Source: an uncultured bacterium (lineage in GTDB: Bacteria; Patescibacteriota; Minisyncoccia; Phycocordibacterales; UBA9973). Taken from it: a DNA stretch of 37,472 bases. The stretch lies in contig CAITGV010000003.1 in the NCBI GenBank assembly GCA_903892035.1, forward strand, positions 1-37,472, given 5' to 3'. Shown piece by piece: positions 1-7,938 of the stretch (position 1 is its first letter; each line of letters opens with the position of its first letter). The notes below the pieces were generated by a model. That model did not search any database and had not been told where the DNA came from. It saw only the letters and a program-made list of their open reading frames with translations. Position numbers and translations under genes: made by a program.

Positions 1-18
1 TCTCGTCCGCTTTGTATT

Positions 19-141
19 TAGCGTTTCCCCGCACTTTCCATTTTGGAAAGCTCTGTGCTTCGCACAGAGGCGCGTAGCGCGCGGGGAACGCTAGTGATTA
101 CGATTTTGAAAAAATGTTCGAGCTTGGTACAATAGGGACAC
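19..141 (-). repeat. Partial arm of the long structured inverted-repeat family (right-hand end of an element extending off the window start)
   Basis: 19-93 matches 9337-9411 (gcgtttccccgcac...ctctgtgcttcgcacagaggcgc...gcgcgcggggaacgct). The minus strand reads gtgt-N14-gctcgaac (141->116), like the other arms. Confidence 0.85.
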
Positions 142-171
142 ACGAGAGCAAGACAACTGCTTGTCTTGCGT

Positions 172-283
172 GTGGGATTCGAAAGGCGCAGGCATAATTT
201 TTTCAGCAGAAAAAATTGCCGAGCCAGGGTCGTGAAAATTTTTTTGTGACGACAAAAAAATTATTCCTGACAGACTCCCACCT
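172..283. repeat. Structured intergenic repeat (gtggga...tcccac ends, two internal A/T-stem hairpins)
   Basis: Hairpins aattttttc-agca-gaaaaaatt and aatttttttgt-gacg-acaaaaaaatt. The module gccgag..gggtcg..[hairpin]..tgacag recurs at ~37285-37332 and inverted at ~33590-33638. Confidence 0.65.
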
Positions 284-330
284 CGAATCATTGAATTTTA
301 ATGATATTTATGTACAATGATGTAGTTAAT

Positions 331-414
331 GCCGGGATGGCGAAATTGGCAGACGCACTTGCCTTAGGAGCAAGCGAGAGCAATCTCATGGAGGTTCAAG
401 TCCTCTTCCCGGCA
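331..414 (+). tRNA. tRNA-Leu (anticodon TAG)
   Basis: Cloverleaf with gccggga/tcccggc acceptor stem, anticodon arm cttgc-ctTAGga-gcaag, long variable arm and ggttcaagtcc T-arm. CCA is not encoded. Confidence 0.97.
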
Positions 415-469
415 CAAAAAAGCTATAATACAGCTTTTTAAGACTTTAAAACCAAGTCTAATTTACATT

Positions 470-542
470 CCGCCCTTAGCTCAGCTGGTAGAGCAGATCC
501 CTCTTAAGGATAAGGTCGTAGGTTCGATCCCTACAGGGCGGA
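470..542 (+). tRNA. tRNA-Lys (anticodon CTT)
   Basis: ccgccct/agggcgg acceptor stem, gctcagctggtagagc D-arm, ctCTTaa anticodon loop, ggttcgatccc T-arm. Confidence 0.95.
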
Positions 543-593
543 CAAAATAAGAAAATCCCCGATTTTAATCGGGGATTTTCTTATTTTGTCCGC
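538..593. terminator. Bidirectional terminator-like 27-bp perfect inverted repeat between convergent tRNA-Lys and the pilin gene
   Basis: 538-564 is the exact reverse complement of 567-593. Confidence 0.8.
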
Positions 594-886
594 TAGTGTG
601 TAAACGGTACAACCGTTCCACTTTCAGGATTGATTTGCGTGACACCTAAAGTATTAAGTATCAAGTGCATTATTCCAAAAACTGCAACCATTATAAATAT
701 ACCTATTATTCCCCAAAGCATATGTTGTTTCCCTGCGGACCTTTTTTCTTCGTTTTCAGAATTTGAAAGAAAAGTCACAACACCAAAAAGAAAATAAGCA
801 ATAGCTACAGCAAACATAGCAATAATCAACGGATTGAGAATCAATTTATCAATTTTACTAATTAGTATTACTGTTTTACTAGGCAT
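593..886 (-). CDS. VirB2/TrbC-like (T4SS_pilin-type) pilin, two hydrophobic helices
   Basis: Hydrophobic helix, then the SENEEKRSAGKQHMLWGIIG loop, then a second hydrophobic helix; typical of CPR pilin-like proteins. Confidence 0.75.
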   Translation of the reverse strand: MPSKTVILISKIDKLILNPLIIAMFAVAIAYFLFGVVTFLSNSENEEKRSAGKQHMLWGIIGIFIMVAVFGIMHLILNTLGVTQINPESGTVVPFTH

Positions 887-901
887 AGATATTTTCTAGA
901 A

Positions 902-1273
902 TTAAAGAGTTGGTGGTGGAAGTGTATTAACTCCTCCAGTACCTAGTGTGCCTTGAATCAAACGAATAAATCCCCAGAATGAGAAAATAACAACTAGACC
1001 GATAATACCTGAAATCATTGTTTCGCGAGCTTTCTTTTTTGATTCTTCATCATTTGCTGTGATGAATTTGATGATTCCCCAAATGAACCAAATGACACCG
1101 ATGATGATCAATGCTGGAATCAAAACATTGTTTGCAAGATCCATCAATTTACATATCAATGCTTCTACTGTACCTGCATTTTGTGTACAAGAGTACGATG
1201 CAGCCGACGCGACAAAAGGCAAAAATGCCATAAGACCCAAAAACGTATAAACTTTTATTCCAAATTTTTTCAT
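902..1273 (-). CDS. VirB2/TrbC-like pilin with signal peptide
   Basis: Signal peptide ending in ASA, a Cys pair, TM helix, ANDEESKKKARETMISGIIG loop, TM helix. Confidence 0.8.
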   Translation of the reverse strand: MKKFGIKVYTFLGLMAFLPFVASAASYSCTQNAGTVEALICKLMDLANNVLIPALIIIGVIWFIWGIIKFITANDEESKKKARETMISGIIGLVVIFSFWGFIRLIQGTLGTGGVNTLPPPTL

Positions 1274-1395
1274 TTATTTTTAATAATCCAGCAGTAGAAT
1301 AAATTCACTACGGGACAAGCTAATAATAATTTATAAACGACCTTAATAATAATTTACTCCTTTAATTATAGCACAGTAAAAACAAAAACAAACAC

Positions 1396-1980
1396 TTATG
1401 GATTCTTTGGCTCTGCAAGTCTTGGAATTGCATTATCTACTCCAAATGATTTACCAAGCATAGCAACAAAACCCCAAATTGAAACCATAACCGTAATTGC
1501 AATTATACCCCAAATCATAAATGTCTTACCTTTTTTTCTTTTCTCTTCATTGTCACCATTGCCAATAAATTGAACCACACCCCAAATGAATATTAAAATT
1601 GCTATTCCAAAAACCAGAGGAATTATCGATCGGATAATCATACAAGTTACAAAATCAAACAAATCTTTAAGTTTTGGGCTACCACCCAGCGCTCCAGTAA
1701 AATTTGTACACAGAGTTGCATCTACTTGCCCCTGCCCTGCTTGACCATTTGTAGAAAAATTTCCATTTGATTGAGGAGGACCAATTGGACCATTGTTTGG
1801 GTCAGTAGAAGTGTCACCAAGAGTACTAGTTCCCCCACCACCAACTCCATTTAAACTAGAATCTACAGGTGGAATAGAACTATTACTTCCCCCTCCAACT
1901 GGAAATGTTTGTGCATTTACAGAAAATGGTAAAACAAAATTTATTATTATAAGAAAACTAATTAAAAATTTTTTATACAT
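1396..1980 (-). CDS. VirB2/TrbC-like pilin with Gly/Ser/Thr/Asn-rich N-terminal extension
   Basis: Start moved to ATG 1980 (MYKKFL..., signal peptide ending in VNA), which avoids overlap with the upstream gene. C-terminal TM-GDNEEKRKKGKTFMIWGII-TM. Confidence 0.8.
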   Translation of the reverse strand: MYKKFLISFLIIINFVLPFSVNAQTFPVGGGSNSSIPPVDSSLNGVGGGGTSTLGDTSTDPNNGPIGPPQSNGNFSTNGQAGQGQVDATLCTNFTGALGGSPKLKDLFDFVTCMIIRSIIPLVFGIAILIFIWGVVQFIGNGDNEEKRKKGKTFMIWGIIAITVMVSIWGFVAMLGKSFGVDNAIPRLAEPKNP

Positions 1981-1982
1981 AT

Positions 1983-2285
1983 TTAAAGTTGATTTATTGT
2001 ATCGCCCAAGGCATTTGCTAATACCCAAGCGCCTAATAATATTGCTCCACCGATGACAGTCCAAAGGAAACCGGTTTTCGCTTTACTAAGTTTCTCTGTA
2101 TTTCCAGAAGCTGTAACAAAAAGAAAACCACAATAAATAATTGCGACAGCAACAATTGGCACACCTATAATTACTACGGCATGTAAAATTTGCCCAATAA
2201 ATTCAGGCAAAGTATTTGCTGATGAAAGCGGATTTTTTATTGGGACATTTACTGTTAGATCTCCTGTAGCTGCGTAAGCATTCAT
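1983..2285 (-). CDS. VirB2/TrbC-like pilin
   Basis: IKNPL motif, TM helix, GFLFVTASGNTEKLSKAKTGFLWTVIG loop, TM helix. ATG 2285 lies 6 nt after a TATAAT; the alternative start is TTG 2303. Confidence 0.8.
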   Translation of the reverse strand: MNAYAATGDLTVNVPIKNPLSSANTLPEFIGQILHAVVIIGVPIVAVAIIYCGFLFVTASGNTEKLSKAKTGFLWTVIGGAILLGAWVLANALGDTINQL

Positions 2286-2303
2286 AAAAATATTATATAA
2301 CAA

Positions 2304-2699
2304 TTAACTTTTAATACCAAGGAATAATAATGCATCGTTTGCTCCAAGCATATACAAAATAAATTTAACTATTACCCATGATGCCAAAGCAATAATAAAA
2401 CCAGTGACAACACTAATAAGGACGTGTTTAGCTTTTGTTTTTGCTTCAGATGATCCCCCACTAGAAATCAAAAGAAAACCTCCATAAGCAAAAGCAATTG
2501 CAGCAAGAGGTACAGCCATATCTTTCAATAGAAAATCAATAACATTGTTTATGAGTGTCATCAAACTGTCAAAGTTGCAGTGTCCAGGATTTTCTACTGT
2601 CTCACACGGTATGATAGTTCTTGCACTTGCAAAAAACGGCGCAAATATGCCAAAAATTAAAAATAGAGTAGAAATATATTTTTTATATAATTTTTTCAT
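2304..2699 (-). CDS. VirB2/TrbC-like pilin with signal peptide
   Basis: Signal peptide ending in ASA, IIPC...C motif, TM helix, GGFLLISSGGSSEAKTKAK loop, TM helix. Confidence 0.8.
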   Translation of the reverse strand: MKKLYKKYISTLFLIFGIFAPFFASARTIIPCETVENPGHCNFDSLMTLINNVIDFLLKDMAVPLAAIAFAYGGFLLISSGGSSEAKTKAKHVLISVVTGFIIALASWVIVKFILYMLGANDALLFLGIKS

Positions 2700-4015
2700 T
2701 ATTGTGCTGGGGCTTGTGGAGCTACTGAATGCTGTGCGACGATCTGACCTAAAACATTGTTGGCATTTCCTAATACGGTATTCAAACTATCTCCCCTGTT
2801 TATACCATCAATTATATCACGAAAAACTGCATTAGAAGCACCACGGTCAGGATCAAGCCAAGATTCTGATATCAAAGCAGAATTGTTAAACACTGGACCA
2901 TAGCTTGATATTGCTTTTACTGCAAGTAGATCACGCCTTGGTGATGGAAGTGATAGAGTATTTGCTAAATTTCCAGAAAAATCTGCGCCAGCTAAAATAG
3001 TCGTAGCTGTATACGCTGTTGTGAGATTTTTTGAACTCTTTAGCAATGCTATACCGTACATTCTTCCAAAAGTCAGGCTTTTATTTGTACCTGTAAGTTG
3101 TGGCATTTTAGCAACATCAAAATCAAGATTTGGATTTTGAGCTCTAATGCCAAAAAGTTCACTTGCATAGCCAAAATAAATTGCGAGCTGACTTGATGTA
3201 AAAGCGTCGCGAGAATTTGGTAATGATGCATTCCAAGAATATAAATTATTTAGAGGATTTGAAAATTGAGAATAAAAATTCATCGATGCTTGTGTATTAC
3301 CGATTGAACTGTCACTAATATTGGAAATATAACCTCCATTTTTTTGTGAAATTATTGGATTGCCGGATTGAAGCATAAGCATTGCCATTAAATCTTTTGC
3401 GTGATTTACATTATTGTAGGATCCAAAAGGAATACCAGCGACATTTATATTTGAAGCATTGTCTTTTTGGGTAAGTTTTGGAACCAATGATACAACATCG
3501 TCCCAAGTACGAGGAGGTAATGAAATTCCAGCTTCATTGAACATACTTTTATTGTAATACATAACCATCGGATCGATCGTAATTGGTAATGCAAGAATTC
3601 CTTGATCTGTTAAATATAATGAAGCTTCATCTATAAATGTTGATTGAAAAGTCCCTTGTGGAATACTTGTATATGGAATTGGATATATTTTATCGCGATG
3701 TTTAATAATTAAATTATCTGGCAAAAAAATCATATCTGGACCTTTTCCTGAAGCAAGTGCCTCAATTAAACTTTGGTCTAAATCTGCATCTGTCTTTTCA
3801 ACATACGTCAGAGTGAAAGCTTTATTATTTCTTGCAAAATCATCAAGGAGTTTTGAAATGCTGGATTGTTTTACCGTGCCCCACATCACCACATTACCTG
3901 TGGCTGTTGATGGTCCAGTACTGCTACCGATTGGAATGATGCCAGCAAAAATCATCACGGCAACAATACCGAAAACTAGAAAAAAAGCTACGATAGCAAT
4001 TTTGAAACTAGACAT
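2699..4015 (-). CDS. Extracellular solute-binding protein (family 1, sugar-type), N-terminal membrane anchor
   Basis: LASGKGPDMIF, ALPITIDPMVMYYNKSMFNEAGI..PPRTWDD and FDVAKMPQ motifs of the MalE/UgpB-like fold. Confidence 0.9.
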   Translation of the reverse strand: MSSFKIAIVAFFLVFGIVAVMIFAGIIPIGSSTGPSTATGNVVMWGTVKQSSISKLLDDFARNNKAFTLTYVEKTDADLDQSLIEALASGKGPDMIFLPDNLIIKHRDKIYPIPYTSIPQGTFQSTFIDEASLYLTDQGILALPITIDPMVMYYNKSMFNEAGISLPPRTWDDVVSLVPKLTQKDNASNINVAGIPFGSYNNVNHAKDLMAMLMLQSGNPIISQKNGGYISNISDSSIGNTQASMNFYSQFSNPLNNLYSWNASLPNSRDAFTSSQLAIYFGYASELFGIRAQNPNLDFDVAKMPQLTGTNKSLTFGRMYGIALLKSSKNLTTAYTATTILAGADFSGNLANTLSLPSPRRDLLAVKAISSYGPVFNNSALISESWLDPDRGASNAVFRDIIDGINRGDSLNTVLGNANNVLGQIVAQHSVAPQAPAQ

Positions 4016-4535
4016 ACTTGTAAATTATACCATAATGGTGGTCCCCTGCCACAATTTCACGTTCAAAAGTAAAACCATTATTCTCAAAATATGAACGCGC
4101 ACGATCTTTTGAAACCACATGTACAGGTTTTGGACCAATACCACCAAAAGATTCAAGCCAATCGACAACTAAAACTTGACCTTCAGGTTTCAATATTCTT
4201 TTTAATTCTTTTAAAAATACTGCCTTATCTTCAATTTGGAAAAGTAAATTTGAAACAATAGCTTTGTGTGCAGTATTTTCTGCTAGTTTTGTACCGAGGT
4301 GTTTTTCCACATCTCCCCAAAGTATTTCCAAATTTTTCATTTCAGCATCAATGGCTTCTTTTTTTGTACGAGCAATCAAATCTCGATTTATATCAATAGC
4401 ATAAACTTTTCCATGATGTCCTACTAAAGACACAGCAAGTAAGCTATACACACCAGTACCACTACCTAAATCCACGACAATATCACCTTCCCTTATTCCA
4501 AATTGTTTTATATTTTTTTTAGGATCTGAAAACAT
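4008..4535 (-). CDS. Class I SAM-dependent methyltransferase
   Basis: Motif I VVDLGSGTG, then VYAIDIN and ELKRILKPEGQVLVVDW. Confidence 0.9.
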   Translation of the reverse strand: MFSDPKKNIKQFGIREGDIVVDLGSGTGVYSLLAVSLVGHHGKVYAIDINRDLIARTKKEAIDAEMKNLEILWGDVEKHLGTKLAENTAHKAIVSNLLFQIEDKAVFLKELKRILKPEGQVLVVDWLESFGGIGPKPVHVVSKDRARSYFENNGFTFEREIVAGDHHYGIIYKYV

Positions 4536-4589
4536 ATATCAATATTAACACAAATATCAATTATTCCTCATAAATTATCCCCAATTAAT

Positions 4590-4682
4590 AATACAACCCC
4601 ACCCTAGCCCTCCCCTTATCAAGGGAGGGAAAAATGCTATATATTTTATGCCCCCCTGATAAGGGGGTACGGGGGTTGTATT
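4590..4682. repeat. REP/MITE-like palindromic element
   Basis: Terminal inverted repeats aatacaacccc/ggggttgtatt; internal hairpins ccctcccc-ttatcaa-gggaggg and ccccc-tgataa-ggggg. Confidence 0.8.
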
Positions 4683-4704
4683 TTTCCCCTTTTTCTGGTA
4701 TTAT
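4676..4704 (+). promoter_or_regulatory. Probable sigma70 promoter of rpsB-tsf
   Basis: TTGTAT, 17-nt spacer, TATTAT with a TG extension. Confidence 0.55.
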
Positions 4705-4709
4705 AAGCT

Positions 4710-4838
4710 TGTTCCGTGGTCGGCCATTTATATGTGGTTTGACTGTAAAAAACCCCGATTTTTATCGGGGTGAGCTGTAAATGCTTAAAAACGGAGCGTC
4801 TCGGTCGAACGAGAGTTATAATTAATAGGTAAATTATC
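4710..4838 (+). promoter_or_regulatory. Structured rpsB 5' leader (candidate S2 autoregulatory element)
   Basis: About 130-nt leader with the hairpin accccgat-tttt-atcggggt (4751-4770). rpsB leaders are autoregulatory in other bacteria. Confidence 0.45.
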
Positions 4839-5525
4839 ATGAAAGATTTAAACGTAGAGAGAGAAGATATTAAGGCAATGTTCACGGCAGGTGCACATTT
4901 TGGTTATTCAAAGACTCGCCGTCACCCTTCTGCAAAGAAGTTCATATTTGGTCAGAAAAATAAGGTAGATATCATCGACCTTGAAAAAACTGCAGATATG
5001 CTAGCTAGTGCAAAAGAATTTATTAAAGGTTTAGCAATGGGAGGAAAAGTAGTACTTTTTGTTGGTACAAAACCAGAAGCAAAAGCTTCAGTACTTATGG
5101 CAGCAGAATCAATCGGTATGCCATCTGTCACAGAACGCTGGGTTGGGGGTATTATCACAAACTTCCCTGAAATTAAAAAGCGTGTAGCTCGCCTTATCGA
5201 TCTCACAGCTAAAAAAGAAGCAGGCGAACTCGATAAATACACAAAAAAAGAACGTCTACTTATCGATATTGAAGTTGCAAAAATGGAGAAAAATTTCTCT
5301 GGTATTATCGCAATGAAAAAGATTCCTGATGCTTTGGTTGTTATCGATTCTAAAAAAGAACACATCGCCGTCACAGAAGCTCGCAAATCTGGAATTCCAG
5401 TTATAGCACTCGTAAACACAGACTGTGATATGGGCGACATCGACTACCCTATCATTGCAAACGATGCATCTACTTCAAGTGTAAGTTATTTCATAAATGA
5501 ATTAAAAGGAGCTTATAAAATATAA
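4839..5525 (+). CDS. rpsB: 30S ribosomal protein S2
   Basis: AGAHFG, IIDLEKT, VLFVGTK, ERWVGGIITNF and PVIALVNTDCD motifs. Confidence 0.99.
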   Translation: MKDLNVEREDIKAMFTAGAHFGYSKTRRHPSAKKFIFGQKNKVDIIDLEKTADMLASAKEFIKGLAMGGKVVLFVGTKPEAKASVLMAAESIGMPSVTERWVGGIITNFPEIKKRVARLIDLTAKKEAGELDKYTKKERLLIDIEVAKMEKNFSGIIAMKKIPDALVVIDSKKEHIAVTEARKSGIPVIALVNTDCDMGDIDYPIIANDASTSSVSYFINELKGAYKI

Positions 5526-5549
5526 TTAATAGCTAAATAATAAAAATTT

Positions 5550-6326
5550 ATGGCAATCACAACAGAACAAATAAAAGAATTAAGAGACAATACTGGAGTT
5601 GCAGTAATGCAATGCAAAAAAGCTTTAGAAGAAGCTGAAGGCAATATGGAAAAAGCTTTAATGATTTTGAAAAAGAAATCAGGTGACATAGCTGCAAAAA
5701 AAGCTGAACGTGAAGCAAAAGACGGTATTATCGTAATTCAAAAAAATGGGAAAAAAGCTGTTGTTGCTATCGTAAATTGTGAGACAGATTTCGTTGCAAA
5801 AAATAGTGACTTCGTAGCCTTAGCAAATACAATAACAGCAAAAGCTCTCGCCGACGGTATTGATGCCACTGTAGCAGGTGTCGCAGATATGATAAATCCG
5901 GTGGTGCAGAAAATTGGTGAAAATATTCAACTTGGAAAAATCGAAATGATTGAAGGAGAGAATATCGGTACTTATGTTCACAATGGCAAAGCTGGAGTCG
6001 CTGTAGCACTCTCAGGAGGCGGTGAAGAGCTTGCACGAGACATTGCAATGCACATCGCAGCAATGAAGCCTGAATATATTTCACGTGATCAAGTATCAAC
6101 TGAAAAGGTGGCGATGGCTGAAGAACTTTATGGAAAAGAAGTAAATGCTTCAGACAAACCAGAAGAAATTAAAAAGAAAATGTTGCAAGGAAAAATTGAT
6201 ACATACTTTAAAGAAGTTACACTTCTAGACCAGGCATTCATCAAAAATCCCGAAATGACAATCGCAACACTTTTGAAAAATGCTGGGGATATAAAAGTCA
6301 CATCGATGGTTCGAGAAGTTATTTAA
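5550..6326 (+). CDS. tsf: Elongation factor Ts
   Basis: IKELRDNTG..MQCKKAL, NCETDFVAKN and IAMHIAA motifs; follows rpsB. Confidence 0.99.
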   Translation: MAITTEQIKELRDNTGVAVMQCKKALEEAEGNMEKALMILKKKSGDIAAKKAEREAKDGIIVIQKNGKKAVVAIVNCETDFVAKNSDFVALANTITAKALADGIDATVAGVADMINPVVQKIGENIQLGKIEMIEGENIGTYVHNGKAGVAVALSGGGEELARDIAMHIAAMKPEYISRDQVSTEKVAMAEELYGKEVNASDKPEEIKKKMLQGKIDTYFKEVTLLDQAFIKNPEMTIATLLKNAGDIKVTSMVREVI

Positions 6327-6330
6327 TAAA

Positions 6331-6729
6331 ATGGCAATTATACTTATATTATTTTGTATTTCTTTAATCGGGCTCTCGAGCATGATTTCGTATCGTGCCT
6401 GGGAGCTTCGAACGGGGAAAATTGATTTAGCTAATATAGAAAGTTTACCTGCAATTCCTCATTTAAAACTAAATATTAAACAAATTAAAAAAGCTACTCC
6501 GGTTGTCACAAAATATATAATTCACTCCATACTTTTATTTTTTGCAAAAAATTACTTACAACTTAAAAAATTTATAAATAGAGTTCTAAGTGAAAGATTT
6601 CCAAGACTATTTGCAAATAATGAATTAAATGGTAGAACAGCAAAACCGACTTCCTTTTTTCTTCGAACTATGGCAGAGTATAAAGTGAAATTGCGAAAAA
6701 TGAAGGAAAGAATGGCCGACGAAGATTAG
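6331..6729 (+). CDS. Hypothetical membrane-anchored basic protein
   Basis: 132 aa ORF starting 4 nt after tsf, with an N-terminal hydrophobic helix. Confidence 0.7.
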   Translation: MAIILILFCISLIGLSSMISYRAWELRTGKIDLANIESLPAIPHLKLNIKQIKKATPVVTKYIIHSILLFFAKNYLQLKKFINRVLSERFPRLFANNELNGRTAKPTSFFLRTMAEYKVKLRKMKERMADED

Positions 6730-6733
6730 GGGT

Positions 6734-6802
6734 AAATGTCTAATGACTAATTTCTAAAATCTATTTTTGATTTATTAGATATTAGATATTGTGATTTAGT
6801 TA
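6734..6802. repeat. Inverted arrays of degenerate heptamers
   Basis: aaatgtc/taatgac/taatttc/taaaatc followed by ttagata/ttagata/ttgtgat/ttagtta. Confidence 0.5.
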
Positions 6803-6815
6803 TTGTATTATTATT

Positions 6816-6891
6816 GCCGCTTTAGCTCAGTTGGTAGAGCAACGCTTTTGTAAAGCGAAGGTCCTCGGTTCGAGTCCGAGAAGCGGCTCCA
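6816..6891 (+). tRNA. tRNA-Thr (anticodon TGT)
   Basis: gccgctt/aagcggc acceptor stem, ttTGTaa anticodon loop, ggttcgagtcc T-arm, encoded CCA. Confidence 0.97.
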
Positions 6892-6932
6892 GTGTAAAAC
6901 TAAAAAGGTTCTGTCAACGCATAACTAAAACA

Positions 6933-6965
6933 AAGGTCCTCGGTTCGAGTCCGAGAAGCGGCTCC
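6933..6965 (+). repeat. 33-bp direct repeat of the tRNA-Thr 3' end (att-like)
   Basis: Identical to 6858-6890 (aaggtcctcggttcgagtccgagaagcggctcc). Confidence 0.95.
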
Positions 6966-6997
6966 TTAACCCGACTTTTTGGTTGGGAATCAAGAAA

Positions 6998-7293
6998 GGA
7001 GTGTCTTTACGATTCCGCTCGAACTTACTTTATCAAAAATTTGTGAGAATATCCACAAGCGTTCCCCGCGCGCTGAAGCGCCACCACGCGAAGCGTGGTG
7101 CTTCTGCTGAAGCAGAAGTGCGGGAAACGCCCTGCACTCCGCCACAATGTTTTGGGGGCAAAGGAGGCGAAGTGCAGAAATGCGGAACGCGAGCGAAATT
7201 TTGCGAAATGCTGGGGGTTTGGGGGAAAGTATTTCGCAAAATTCGCTTCGCGTACTTCCTGATTTTTTGGCGGGATTTTGGCGGGGCGGGCTA
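6998..7293 (+). repeat. Left long inverted repeat of island 1
   Basis: Reverse-complement match to 9174-9471. The inner 108 bp (7186-7293) is identical to the reverse complement of 9174-9281. Confidence 0.95.
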
Positions 7294-7331
7294 AAAAAAT
7301 TAAATTGTTCTTTTTAACAAAAGTAGTTTAT

Positions 7332-7934
7332 TTATGTTTGACAATTCTCAATAATTTTTTGCATTTTAATCCTACACTTATCTAAAATTTTTGATTCCCA
7401 TTCAGAATTTTTTAGCTCTCCAACATATAGATTTAATTCCTTATGTAACTCATATAAAAATTTAGTCGCGTTTATTGTCTTATTTTCTAAAAGAGATCCT
7501 CCTCTTTTTATTCGCCATCCGCCAGTTGTCTCACCTTGGTGTAAAATACCACAACGAATATGTTTGTAAAAATCTTTTTTAGAAAACTCTTTTAATGTAA
7601 TAGTCTTATTAAAAAAATCGTTAAATATTTTATCACCCCCTTTCGGGGTTTTATCCCACCCATTCTTAAATGATTGAAGTGCTTCTATACAAAGACAACA
7701 GTTCGCCATTATTGCAAATCCGCTTTTATATTCTTTCTTAAAAATATTATTCTCAAAAGTAAATGGTTTAAGATACCTACCATACAATCTACAAAAAATC
7801 ATTTTGGCTATGGCTGATTTATTTTTTTCGTTAACAAATTGCTCATAATTTTTAATCGTTACATCTTTACCATTTTCAAGTGTTGCTAAAATAATATCAT
7901 CGGTATTCGATTTATATTTTTTAGTTTTTATCAT
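7332..7934 (-). CDS. Hypothetical protein, possible HEPN-like (RxxxxH) domain
   Basis: 200 aa, helical, with IEALQSF and FYKHIRCGILHQ (R-x4-H). Confidence 0.6.
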   Translation of the reverse strand: MIKTKKYKSNTDDIILATLENGKDVTIKNYEQFVNEKNKSAIAKMIFCRLYGRYLKPFTFENNIFKKEYKSGFAIMANCCLCIEALQSFKNGWDKTPKGGDKIFNDFFNKTITLKEFSKKDFYKHIRCGILHQGETTGGWRIKRGGSLLENKTINATKFLYELHKELNLYVGELKNSEWESKILDKCRIKMQKIIENCQT

Positions 7935-7938
7935 TTTT

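Noticed and set aside
1983-2699. Possible stop-codon read-through fusing two in-frame pilin genes
   Set aside because: The stop is TAA, and the junction contains a TATAAT 6 nt before ATG 2285, which better fits an independent leaderless start.
6858-6965. Repeat-spacer-repeat resembling a minimal CRISPR array
   Set aside because: The repeat is the tRNA 3' end, there are only two copies, and no cas genes are present.
6831-7294. ORFs of 68-103 aa over tRNA-Thr and the left arm, and equivalents at 9139-9468, 33459-33944, 37092-37346 and 91-291
   Set aside because: They lie in tRNA or GC-rich structured repeats, and indels between arm copies break the frames. Only the short terminal peptide is conserved.
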